Under the pieces are notes generated by a model. The model was not told where the DNA came from and did no database searches. It saw only the letters and a list, made by a program, of their open reading frames with translations. A DNA stretch of 35,889 bases from Verrucomicrobiota bacterium (GTDB lineage Bacteria > Verrucomicrobiota > Verrucomicrobiia > Limisphaerales > JAFMIX01), in NCBI GenBank assembly GCA_046050965.1, contig JBJOPC010000025.1:1-35889 (forward strand), in the 5' to 3' direction. The first letter of the stretch is position 1; every line of letters begins with the position of its first letter. Of this stretch, positions 8,229 to 15,154 are shown one piece after another. The position numbers and the translations under genes are program-made.

Positions 8229-9503
8229 TCAATTCTTCTCCGGCAGTTTGCTTTTCATCAGGAGCGTGAGGGATTTCACGGCGAGTTCGATGGGCAAGAT
8301 GGGTTTCTGAATGATGTCGTCGCCGCGCGCGAGGAGTTCGTGGGCGCGCTGGCGGAAATCGGTGGCGCTGGTGACGAAGATGACGGGCGTGTTGGCGTAG
8401 CGCGGGATTTCACGGAGGCGCGTGTAGAGTTCGAGGCCGTCCATGCCGGGCATGAGGTAGTCGAGGAGCACGAGGTCGTAGTGATGCGCGCGGAAAAGTT
8501 CGAGGGCCTTTTCCGGCGTGTCGGCGCTGGTGGCTTTGACTTCGGCGCGGCTCAAGGCGTGGACGAGCGCGCGGTTGGAGAGCGGTTCGTCGTCCACCAC
8601 GAGCACGGCGAGGAGGTTGGTGGGGACGACGGGTTCGTCTTCGCCTTGACTGCTGCGGCGGACGAGTTCGCCGAGAAAATTCAACGCCGTCTCAATGGTT
8701 TGAATCGTGGAGGGATTGATGTGCTTGGGGCGTTCCTGCAATTCAAAGATAAGAGCTTCGAGCGCGGCGGCGAGGTGCGCGGCGCGCTGGCGTCCGGCGA
8801 GGTGCGCGAGGTCGGCGAAGAAATGAATTTGCCGGTGCAAATCTTTCAAGCGCACGAGGCGAAACTGCGGTTCGCTCGGCAACGCAAACGCGCGGGCGAC
8901 GCCGAGTAGCGCGGTGATGGCGGCGGGCGCTTGCTTGGCGAAATCGCGCGCGGCGCGTTCGCTGGCGGAGAGGTGGTCTTCGCTCGCAGGCAGACTGAAC
9001 GGACGCGCAAGATCGGTGGTGGAAATTTTTTCAAGCGCGGGCGGGGCAGCGGGCGGGGCGACGGGCGCGGATTTTTCAGGGAGCGCGAATTCTAGCGGCG
9101 CGGCCAGCGGCGTGGCGGCGCACGGCGTTGGCTCGGAATTTTCTAGGAGCGTGTGGACGAGCGCGATGAGTTGTGCGGGGGTGCAACTGGATTTCAAGAG
9201 CGAGGCGTCGGCTCCGGCTTTGGCGGCTTCGAGCGCAATCTCGGTCATGTAGGCGTTGGAGAAGATGACAACTTTGGCATGGCGGAGTTGGGCGTGCGCG
9301 CGGATAAATTTGAGCACGTCCGCGCCGTTGAACTTGGCGAGCATCAAATCAAGGATGACGAGGTCGGGGCGCGCGAGCGGCAGCAGGCGCATGGCGTCCA
9401 GCCCGTCGGTGGCGACCTCCACGGCAAAACCTTCGCGCAGGAATTTCTTCCGGTAAATCTCCACGACCACCGGATCGTCTTCGACTATGAAAATCTTTTT
9501 CAT
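8229..9503 (-). CDS. response regulator with REC-HPt-REC architecture
   Basis: The N-terminal receiver reads KIFIVEDD...DLVILDLML, the central HPt-like helix bundle reads LHRQIHFFADLAHLAG, and the C-terminal receiver reads VLVVDDEP...DLVLLDYLMPGMDG. The ATG at 9501..9503 is preferred over the TTG at 9539. Confidence 0.85.
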   Translation of the reverse strand: MKKIFIVEDDPVVVEIYRKKFLREGFAVEVATDGLDAMRLLPLARPDLVILDLMLAKFNGADVLKFIRAHAQLRHAKVVIFSNAYMTEIALEAAKAGADASLLKSSCTPAQLIALVHTLLENSEPTPCAATPLAAPLEFALPEKSAPVAPPAAPPALEKISTTDLARPFSLPASEDHLSASERAARDFAKQAPAAITALLGVARAFALPSEPQFRLVRLKDLHRQIHFFADLAHLAGRQRAAHLAAALEALIFELQERPKHINPSTIQTIETALNFLGELVRRSSQGEDEPVVPTNLLAVLVVDDEPLSNRALVHALSRAEVKATSADTPEKALELFRAHHYDLVLLDYLMPGMDGLELYTRLREIPRYANTPVIFVTSATDFRQRAHELLARGDDIIQKPILPIELAVKSLTLLMKSKLPEKN

Positions 9504-9573
9504 CTGCGCGGTGGAAATATGGCGGAACGGTTCGGGCAAGCAAGCTGGCAGAAGCTGCGATGCCTAGCGGTTA

Positions 9574-10209
9574 TCACACCACGGACGCGCGCGCTTTCGG
9601 AAATTTGCCGAGATGAAAAATCAGGAAGCCGTGCAGGAATTGCCGCACGGCCACGGCTTGCGCGGCGGTGGCGCGCAGCGCGGCGAGTTCGGCGAACGGC
9701 GCTTCGGTGAGCGCGGTGAGGAGTTGTTGCGTAGCGGGCGGCAACTGCGTTTCGCTCGCGTCGGGTTCAAGGCCGAGTTCGCGCAGCAGTTTTAATTCAA
9801 ACGCAAAAATGCAGCGCGGCTTGGGCAGTTGCGCGGGAACATGCGCGAGAAATTCGGCGAACAGCGCGTAAATTTCCGGCAGCGGCGTGCCGGTTTCGGT
9901 CGTCTGTTCGATGAGCGCGCTGGCGTAGGCGACTTGTTGCAGCCAGCCGAGTTCGCGCCGCAGTGCCGGGTGCGTGTCGCGCAAACCGACTTCGCGCAAC
10001 GTGTGCAGATCGGAGCGGCGGCTGGGCTGGAATTGGAAATCGGCGGCGTAAAATAAATCCAGCTTGCCCGCGAACGCGGACTTAGGACGGCGCGCGCCTT
10101 TTGCCACCGTGGCGATGCGTCCATGCGCCGCCGTGAGCCAATGCACGATTAGGCTCGTCTCCGTGAGCGCGCGGGTGCGGAGGATGATGCCGGTGGCGGA
10201 TTCGGTCAT
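9574..10209 (-). CDS. recO: DNA repair protein RecO
   Basis: The 211 aa from the ATG at 10207..10209 read MTESATGIILRTRALTETSLIVHWLTAAHGRIATVAKGARRPKS..., a typical RecO OB-fold N-terminus. The longer track ORF (to 10500) runs through intergenic repeats. Confidence 0.88.
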   Translation of the reverse strand: MTESATGIILRTRALTETSLIVHWLTAAHGRIATVAKGARRPKSAFAGKLDLFYAADFQFQPSRRSDLHTLREVGLRDTHPALRRELGWLQQVAYASALIEQTTETGTPLPEIYALFAEFLAHVPAQLPKPRCIFAFELKLLRELGLEPDASETQLPPATQQLLTALTEAPFAELAALRATAAQAVAVRQFLHGFLIFHLGKFPKARASVV

Positions 10210-10218
10210 GCGAGGGCA

Positions 10219-10249
10219 GGAGTTGGAAGTTGGAAGCTGGGAGTTGGGG
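10219..10249. repeat. single-arm copy of the TGGGAGT/TGGAAGT heptamer element
   Basis: GGAGTTGGAAGTTGGAAGCTGGGAGTTGGGG lies immediately upstream of the recO start. I found no inverted partner nearby. Confidence 0.75.
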
Positions 10250-10263
10250 TAGGGCTTCCTAAA

Positions 10264-10326
10264 CTTAATCCTACTCGTAATCCTAATCCGCAAAACCGGC
10301 TGATTACGATTACGAGTAAGATTACG
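10264..10326. repeat. hexamer-built hairpin between the DUF502 gene and recO
   Basis: The left arm CTTAATCCTACTCGTAATCCTAATC (10264-10288) pairs with the right arm GATTACGATTACGAGTAAGATTACG (10302-10326) with about 3 mismatches. The loop is 13 nt. The arms are built from TAATCC/GATTAC-type 6-mers. Confidence 0.8.
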
Positions 10327-10346
10327 TTTATGAACATAGTCGGCGG

Positions 10347-11009
10347 CTAATCCTTTTTCTCTGCTGGCGCAATAGAACCGAGACTCACGATGTATTTCAC
10401 GCCGTCGGCTACGGACATTTCTAGCCGCTGCACCTGCGCGTCCGGCACGAGAATCAAAAAGCCCGACGTGGGATTCGGCGTGGTGGGGATGAACACGCAC
10501 ACGAGTTTTTCGCCGGTCTTCGCGTGAGCTTCCGACGCGGTTTCGCTCGTCAAAAAACCCAGCGAATAAACTCCCGCGCGCGGATATTCCACCAGCACGA
10601 CCGTCTTGAACGAGTTCGCGCCGCCCACCGTGAAGGCATCGTTGACCTGTTTGATGGAGCCGTAAATTTTGTTGAAGAGCGGAATCCGCATCATCACGTT
10701 CTCAACCCACTCGATGGTTTTTTTGCCGACGTAATTGCGCGCCAGCCGACCGACCGCACTGATGAGCAGCACGCCCACGACGAGCGCGGCGAGGCTCCAA
10801 TACCAATACATCGGCCCCGCGCCGATTTCGCCGTTGAGCGGCGCGTGCGTGTATTGGTGCGGCACAAAAAACAGCAGCAAGTCCGTCACGGCGGAGATCG
10901 TGCCGAACAGCCACTTGATGACCGCGAGCGAAATCACAGCGGGCAGCACGAGGAAAAGTCCGGCGAAAAAGTTTTTGCGCCAGCGGATTGGTAAGGATTG
11001 GTCAGTCAT
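10347..11009 (-). CDS. DUF502 family membrane protein
   Basis: 220 aa with two N-terminal TM helices and the hallmark TTPNPTSGFLILVP motif. Confidence 0.85.
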   Translation of the reverse strand: MTDQSLPIRWRKNFFAGLFLVLPAVISLAVIKWLFGTISAVTDLLLFFVPHQYTHAPLNGEIGAGPMYWYWSLAALVVGVLLISAVGRLARNYVGKKTIEWVENVMMRIPLFNKIYGSIKQVNDAFTVGGANSFKTVVLVEYPRAGVYSLGFLTSETASEAHAKTGEKLVCVFIPTTPNPTSGFLILVPDAQVQRLEMSVADGVKYIVSLGSIAPAEKKD

Positions 11010-11021
11010 GAAAATAGAAAA

Positions 11022-11639
11022 TTAACGGCAGAGTCCGGCGAAATTTTTCAGCAGCTTCAGGCCGATGCGCTGGCTTTTCTCCGGGTGAAATTGCGTGGCG
11101 AACACGTTGTCGCGCCACACGGACGACGCGAACGCGCCGCCGTAATCCGTGCGCGTGGCCACCACGCCCGCGTCCGTCGGTTGCGGATAAAAACTGTGCA
11201 CAAAATAAACGTGGCTGCCGCTCGCGATGCCGCGATACAGCGGGCAATCCGCGCGCACGATTTCGATTTGGTTCCAGCCGATTTGCGGAATCTTCAAGCC
11301 GGGTTGCGCCGCGAACCGCACGACTTTGCCGCCGAAAATTCCCAAGCCCGCCGCGCACGAATTAAATTCTTCGCTCTTCTCGAACAGCGCTTGGTAGCCC
11401 ACGCAGATGCCGAGAAACGGCTTGCCGGTCTGGATGAATTCCTTGGCCGCGCCGAGCAGTTCCTGCCGTTGCAACGCCGCGATGCAATCGTCAAACGCGC
11501 CGACGCCGGGCAACACCACGCCCGCCGCACCTTGCACCTCTTCGGCGCGCGACACCACGCGCACGTTCGCGCCGACCTTGAGCAAAGCGCGGTGGACGCT
11601 GCGGAGATTTCCTGAACCGTAATCGAGCAAAGCAATCAC
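11022..11639 (-). CDS. hisH: imidazole glycerol phosphate synthase, glutamine amidotransferase subunit
   Basis: The GTG at 11637..11639 gives VIALLDYGSGNLRSV..., with GVGAF, GICVGYQAL (catalytic Cys) and FHPEKS present. The longer track ORF (to 11870) overlaps the upstream gene. Confidence 0.9.
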   Translation of the reverse strand: MIALLDYGSGNLRSVHRALLKVGANVRVVSRAEEVQGAAGVVLPGVGAFDDCIAALQRQELLGAAKEFIQTGKPFLGICVGYQALFEKSEEFNSCAAGLGIFGGKVVRFAAQPGLKIPQIGWNQIEIVRADCPLYRGIASGSHVYFVHSFYPQPTDAGVVATRTDYGGAFASSVWRDNVFATQFHPEKSQRIGLKLLKNFAGLCR

Positions 11640-11763
11640 GGTGCTGATTAAACTTTGAACAGCTGAAAAAGTAAAATGCGGAGTCCGCGACGCTGCCGGA
11701 ATTTGGAGTGCGGCGACGTGTCTCCCAGTTCCAAAGCGCGGTCTTGCCCGCGCACTCCAAACA

Positions 11764-14619
11764 CTATTTCTTGTCCGTGCGCTTGCTGGCGCGCTCGCGG
11801 GCTTTGCGGAGGGCGTCAAGTTGGGAATCGTCGCTCGCAGCGGGCGCGGGTTTGGTGGACGGGGTGGCAACTGGCGGCGGCGCGCTCACGGGCGCGGACT
11901 GGGGCGGCGCAGATTTTTTCCGCAGCCACGGAAGCGATTGCGGTTTGCTCAGACTGCGCGCGCTGGGGCGCGAACTCGCGGAAGTTTTTGCCGCAACTTT
12001 TTCTTCGCGTTCATCTGCCGTGTCAGCCGGCGTAGACAATTTCTTCTTGCCGAGCGCGCGTGAACACCAGCCAGTGCGGCGTTCAAGAACTTCGAGGAGA
12101 AATAAAATCGTCGCGGCGATGTAGAGCCACGGCGCGAGCGGGACGAAGCGCGATTTCTCCGGCAGCGCGTCCCAGATTTTCGGCAACTCACCGCGCTCCA
12201 CGCCGCCGGTGGTCGCGGCGATTTGTGCGAGCGCGCTGACGCCGCGTCCGGTTTGCTCCGGCACGAACTCCGGCGAGTAGGGCAGGCACACGGGTGGCAG
12301 CGTCACGGGTTGTTGACCGGAAATTTCCACCGTGTTCAGCACCGTCTCGCGTCCGCCCATCGGGACGACGGCTTCGAGCAAATCGGCGTTGCGCCATTGC
12401 AGCGCGATAGTTTCTTTCGCGGGCGCGGTGCCGGGAATGCCGTGCAGCATTTTCACACGCGGCAACGTCGTGAACGGATCGGCCTTGCGCGCGGGGTCGA
12501 GGTGGAGTTGCACGAAACACGCGCCGTCGCGGACTTCTTGCGTGAGCAACATTTCGTCGGGCAACGGCTGGCGTTTGCCCTGCGCCCAGCGCGCGAGCGT
12601 GGCGTAAAATTCTCCGGCCTGATTCCATTTCGCAAAGTCGCCGGAAAATTTCCCGTCCGCTTCGCCGCTGAAGCAGAGGACGCGCCCGTTGCCCGCGTTC
12701 CACGACGCGACGACCGGCGCTTTGTATTCGTCGCCCGTCACGGCGGCGAGATTCGCTTCGGGGCGCGCGTAGCAAAGATTGTAGCCGCCGAGCGTGGGCG
12801 GGTTGCCCGCGAGCGCGCCGCCGAGCAACGACCAACCGGGCGTGAAGCTGAACGGCGTCGGCTGATCCACGAACGTGCTGCGCGCGACGGTGAACGTGTC
12901 TTGCGCGAATAGGCGCGGAATCTCCTCGGCGTTCGCGGTGAAGTAGCAATCGCCGCCGCCACGCAGCGCGATGTCTTTGAGGAGATTCGCGTCCACGTCG
13001 TTCTCTGTGCCGAGGCCGATGACGCTCACGGTCACCTCGGACTCGCGGCATTTTTCGAGAATGGTTTTGTAATCGGCGGATTGCTCGGAGTCGGCGGCGT
13101 CGGCAAATAAAATAATGTGTTTCGTGCCGGCTTTGGCGGAGGAAACCTGCTGCGCGGCAGCGACGAGCGCCTCGTAGATGTAGATGCCGCCGCCCATCGA
13201 ATTAATGCCGAGAATCCGGCTGCGTTGCGCCTGATTTTTTTCCACCGTGTCCATCGGCACGATTTCGTGCGCGGTCGTGTCCACAGCCAACACACCGATT
13301 TCATCCATCGGCGACAACAAATCGAGCACTTGCACCGTGCCTAAATCCGCGAGGTCAATTTTCTTGCGCCCCCCGCCCACGGAAACCGCCATGCTGCCGG
13401 AGCGATCGAGCGCGACGGAAATCGCCAGCGACATTTTGCGATGCTCGCGGCGCATCTCCATCGAGATGGGCAATACGCGTTCGAGTGGCGATTTGAAATA
13501 ACCGCCCGGCCCGTAGCTCTTCTGCCCACCGCACAGCACAAGGCCGCTGCCGGTTTCTTCGACCCACGACGCCAGCGTTTCCATGCCGCCCGTGCCGATG
13601 GAATTTGCCGGGACGTTTTCCAAAACCACCGCCGAAAATTGCGACAGCTCCTCCAGCGACCAACGACACGCGCCGGGTTTCTTGCCGACGACTTCGATGC
13701 CGCCCGCGCGCAGTAACTTCACCAGGCCCGACTCGTCGCCTGCCGACGACACCACAAGCGCGGGACGAGAACCATCCACGCCCACGAGTGCGCGCGCGGA
13801 ATTGTTTTCGGGAATCGGATCGTCCTGCGAGCCTTCGATGCTCACGGTGTAATCGCTCACGCCCGCCGCGCCCGCGCGATCGCGGAACATCAGGCGAGAG
13901 AGACCGGCGGGAATACTTTTCTTGCCGGATGACACGATGAACTCGCCGCGCTTGAGCTGGTAAGAAATTTCCTGTTCGAGCGGCGCCTGCACCCACGCGC
14001 TCAAGACGAACGCCTGACCGGGCAACACCGACGACGGCGTGAGAAAACTTTGCACCGCTACGTCGCGGGTTTGCGGACGTGCGAGCGCGCGATAATCAAT
14101 CGCCACGCCGCGACCGGCGGCGCGCGCGGCGGCGGCAGCGGGATCTTTGCCCGTCCATTTGCCGTCGGACAAAACCAAGATGCGCCCACCCGCGTCGCTG
14201 GGGATGAGGCCGAGCGCGGCTTCGATGGCGTCGTTGAGACTCGAATGGTCGCTGCCGACTTGTGCGGTGAAACCGGCGAACTCCCCGCGCTGCGGCGAGC
14301 GTTCCACCACCGCGTGTTGGCCGAATGCTACCACGCCGAGCAGGTCGCGCGGCTGGGCGGACTTGTTGAGCAATGTGATGATTTCTTTTTCCGACGCGGC
14401 GGCTTTGTCCGGCATGGAATCGCTGCGGTCAGCCACGACTACGATTACGCCCGCGCGGTCGGGCAGTTTGATGGCCAACCCGGCGAGCGCGAGCACGGTG
14501 AACAGGAACACCGCCGCGCGCAACGCCCGCAGCCCGCGATGGGGCAACGGCCACGCGAACCACGCCGCCGCGAGCGGAATCAGCAGCAGCAGCCAGATGG
14601 GTTGGAACAGCGTGGGCAT
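11764..14619 (-). CDS. BatA-like N-terminal double-TM / von Willebrand factor A multidomain membrane protein
   Basis: 951 aa. The N-terminus MPTLFQPIWLLLLIPLAAAWF is the aerotolerance-regulator N-terminal type. There are two vWA MIDAS-like motifs (VVADRSDSM and VALDRSGSM), a C-terminal TM helix and a basic Pro/Ser-rich tail. Confidence 0.8.
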   Translation of the reverse strand: MPTLFQPIWLLLLIPLAAAWFAWPLPHRGLRALRAAVFLFTVLALAGLAIKLPDRAGVIVVVADRSDSMPDKAAASEKEIITLLNKSAQPRDLLGVVAFGQHAVVERSPQRGEFAGFTAQVGSDHSSLNDAIEAALGLIPSDAGGRILVLSDGKWTGKDPAAAAARAAGRGVAIDYRALARPQTRDVAVQSFLTPSSVLPGQAFVLSAWVQAPLEQEISYQLKRGEFIVSSGKKSIPAGLSRLMFRDRAGAAGVSDYTVSIEGSQDDPIPENNSARALVGVDGSRPALVVSSAGDESGLVKLLRAGGIEVVGKKPGACRWSLEELSQFSAVVLENVPANSIGTGGMETLASWVEETGSGLVLCGGQKSYGPGGYFKSPLERVLPISMEMRREHRKMSLAISVALDRSGSMAVSVGGGRKKIDLADLGTVQVLDLLSPMDEIGVLAVDTTAHEIVPMDTVEKNQAQRSRILGINSMGGGIYIYEALVAAAQQVSSAKAGTKHIILFADAADSEQSADYKTILEKCRESEVTVSVIGLGTENDVDANLLKDIALRGGGDCYFTANAEEIPRLFAQDTFTVARSTFVDQPTPFSFTPGWSLLGGALAGNPPTLGGYNLCYARPEANLAAVTGDEYKAPVVASWNAGNGRVLCFSGEADGKFSGDFAKWNQAGEFYATLARWAQGKRQPLPDEMLLTQEVRDGACFVQLHLDPARKADPFTTLPRVKMLHGIPGTAPAKETIALQWRNADLLEAVVPMGGRETVLNTVEISGQQPVTLPPVCLPYSPEFVPEQTGRGVSALAQIAATTGGVERGELPKIWDALPEKSRFVPLAPWLYIAATILFLLEVLERRTGWCSRALGKKKLSTPADTADEREEKVAAKTSASSRPSARSLSKPQSLPWLRKKSAPPQSAPVSAPPPVATPSTKPAPAASDDSQLDALRKARERASKRTDKK
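14550..14619. repeat. 70-bp perfect direct repeat, copy A (first 70 nt of the BatA-like CDS)
   Basis: Identical base for base to 15016..15085. The identity stops exactly at the A of the start codon. Confidence 0.95.
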
Positions 14620-14636
14620 GGTTAAAAACGATTTCG

Positions 14637-14951
14637 CTATTTTACCACCGCAAGGGTCGAGGTGATTAGCCAGCTGAAAACAAAAGTCATCACCGTCCAG
14701 AGTGCCATGACGCTAAACTCTGTTCGCTTTCTAGCCCAGGCATAACTAACTGAAGCTGCGGCAAAAACTGGAAACGCGACAACGAAGCCAACTAATATCC
14801 AGCGCAGTTCCTCCGATATGTTGATTGCCCCGCGAGCCAACGGCGAGCCGGGGAAAAAGCCGAACCAAGTTTGGACGGCGAAAAAAGCAATGACCACATA
14901 CGCCTTTAGCGAGAATAAGCAGAAGTCCCAGATTTTCTTTGTGGTTTTCAC
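14637..14951 (-). CDS. small hypothetical 3-TM membrane protein (cassette ORF)
   Basis: The GTG at 14949..14951 overlaps the TGA of the upstream 45-aa ORF (GTGA). The 104 aa contain three hydrophobic helices. Local GC is ~38-50% against ~65% in the flanks. I recognise no family. Confidence 0.4.
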   Translation of the reverse strand: MKTTKKIWDFCLFSLKAYVVIAFFAVQTWFGFFPGSPLARGAINISEELRWILVGFVVAFPVFAAASVSYAWARKRTEFSVMALWTVMTFVFSWLITSTLAVVK

Positions 14952-15085
14952 CGCGCGCCTCCTTTTGCTCTCGTAATCAGCCACAGATGCGCCACGAGCA
15001 GCGCGAGCGCGAACAGCCACGCGAACCACGCCGCCGCGAGCGGAATCAGCAGCAGCAGCCAGATGGGTTGGAACAGCGTGGGCAT
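14948..15085 (-). CDS. 45-aa ORF: duplicated BatA-like N-terminus fused to novel sequence
   Basis: The ATG at 15083..15085 gives MPTLFQPIWLLLLIPLAAAWFAW (identical to the 951-aa protein), followed by LFALALLVAHLWLITRAKGGAR and a stop. Whether it is expressed is unknown. Confidence 0.35.
   Translation of the reverse strand: MPTLFQPIWLLLLIPLAAAWFAWLFALALLVAHLWLITRAKGGAR
15016..15085. repeat. 70-bp perfect direct repeat, copy B
   Basis: Identical to 14550..14619, offset by 466 bp. Confidence 0.95.
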
Positions 15086-15092
15086 TTCAGGG

Positions 15093-15120
15093 AAGCTCCA
15101 ATATTCAAGCTTCAAGCTCC
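15093..15120. repeat. 4 x 7-nt tandem tract in the addB 3' flank
   Basis: AAGCTCC AATATTC AAGCTTC AAGCTCC lies between the addB stop (15155) and the 45-aa ORF start (15085). Confidence 0.7.
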
Positions 15121-15154
15121 AGAGAAATTCCAAACTTCAGTTTAGTTGGTTCGC

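Noticed and set aside
9574-10500. N-terminal extensions of track ORFs: recO to 10500, hisH to 11870, the sigma factor to 19746, the LamG-like protein to 2415, and recN to 28687.
   Set aside because: The extensions run through intergenic repeats or overlap upstream genes, and they add sequence unlike the protein families. Internal starts give canonical N-termini.
11022-11639. hisH and trpA each standing alone, without their pathway partners.
   Set aside because: Dispersed biosynthetic genes are common in many phyla. This is not informative without the whole genome.
14948-15133. The upstream extension MEFLWSLKLEYWSFPE of the 45-aa ORF.
   Set aside because: It is the translation of the intergenic heptamer tract at 15093-15120. 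The duplicated native ATG at 15085 is the logical start, if the ORF is expressed at all.
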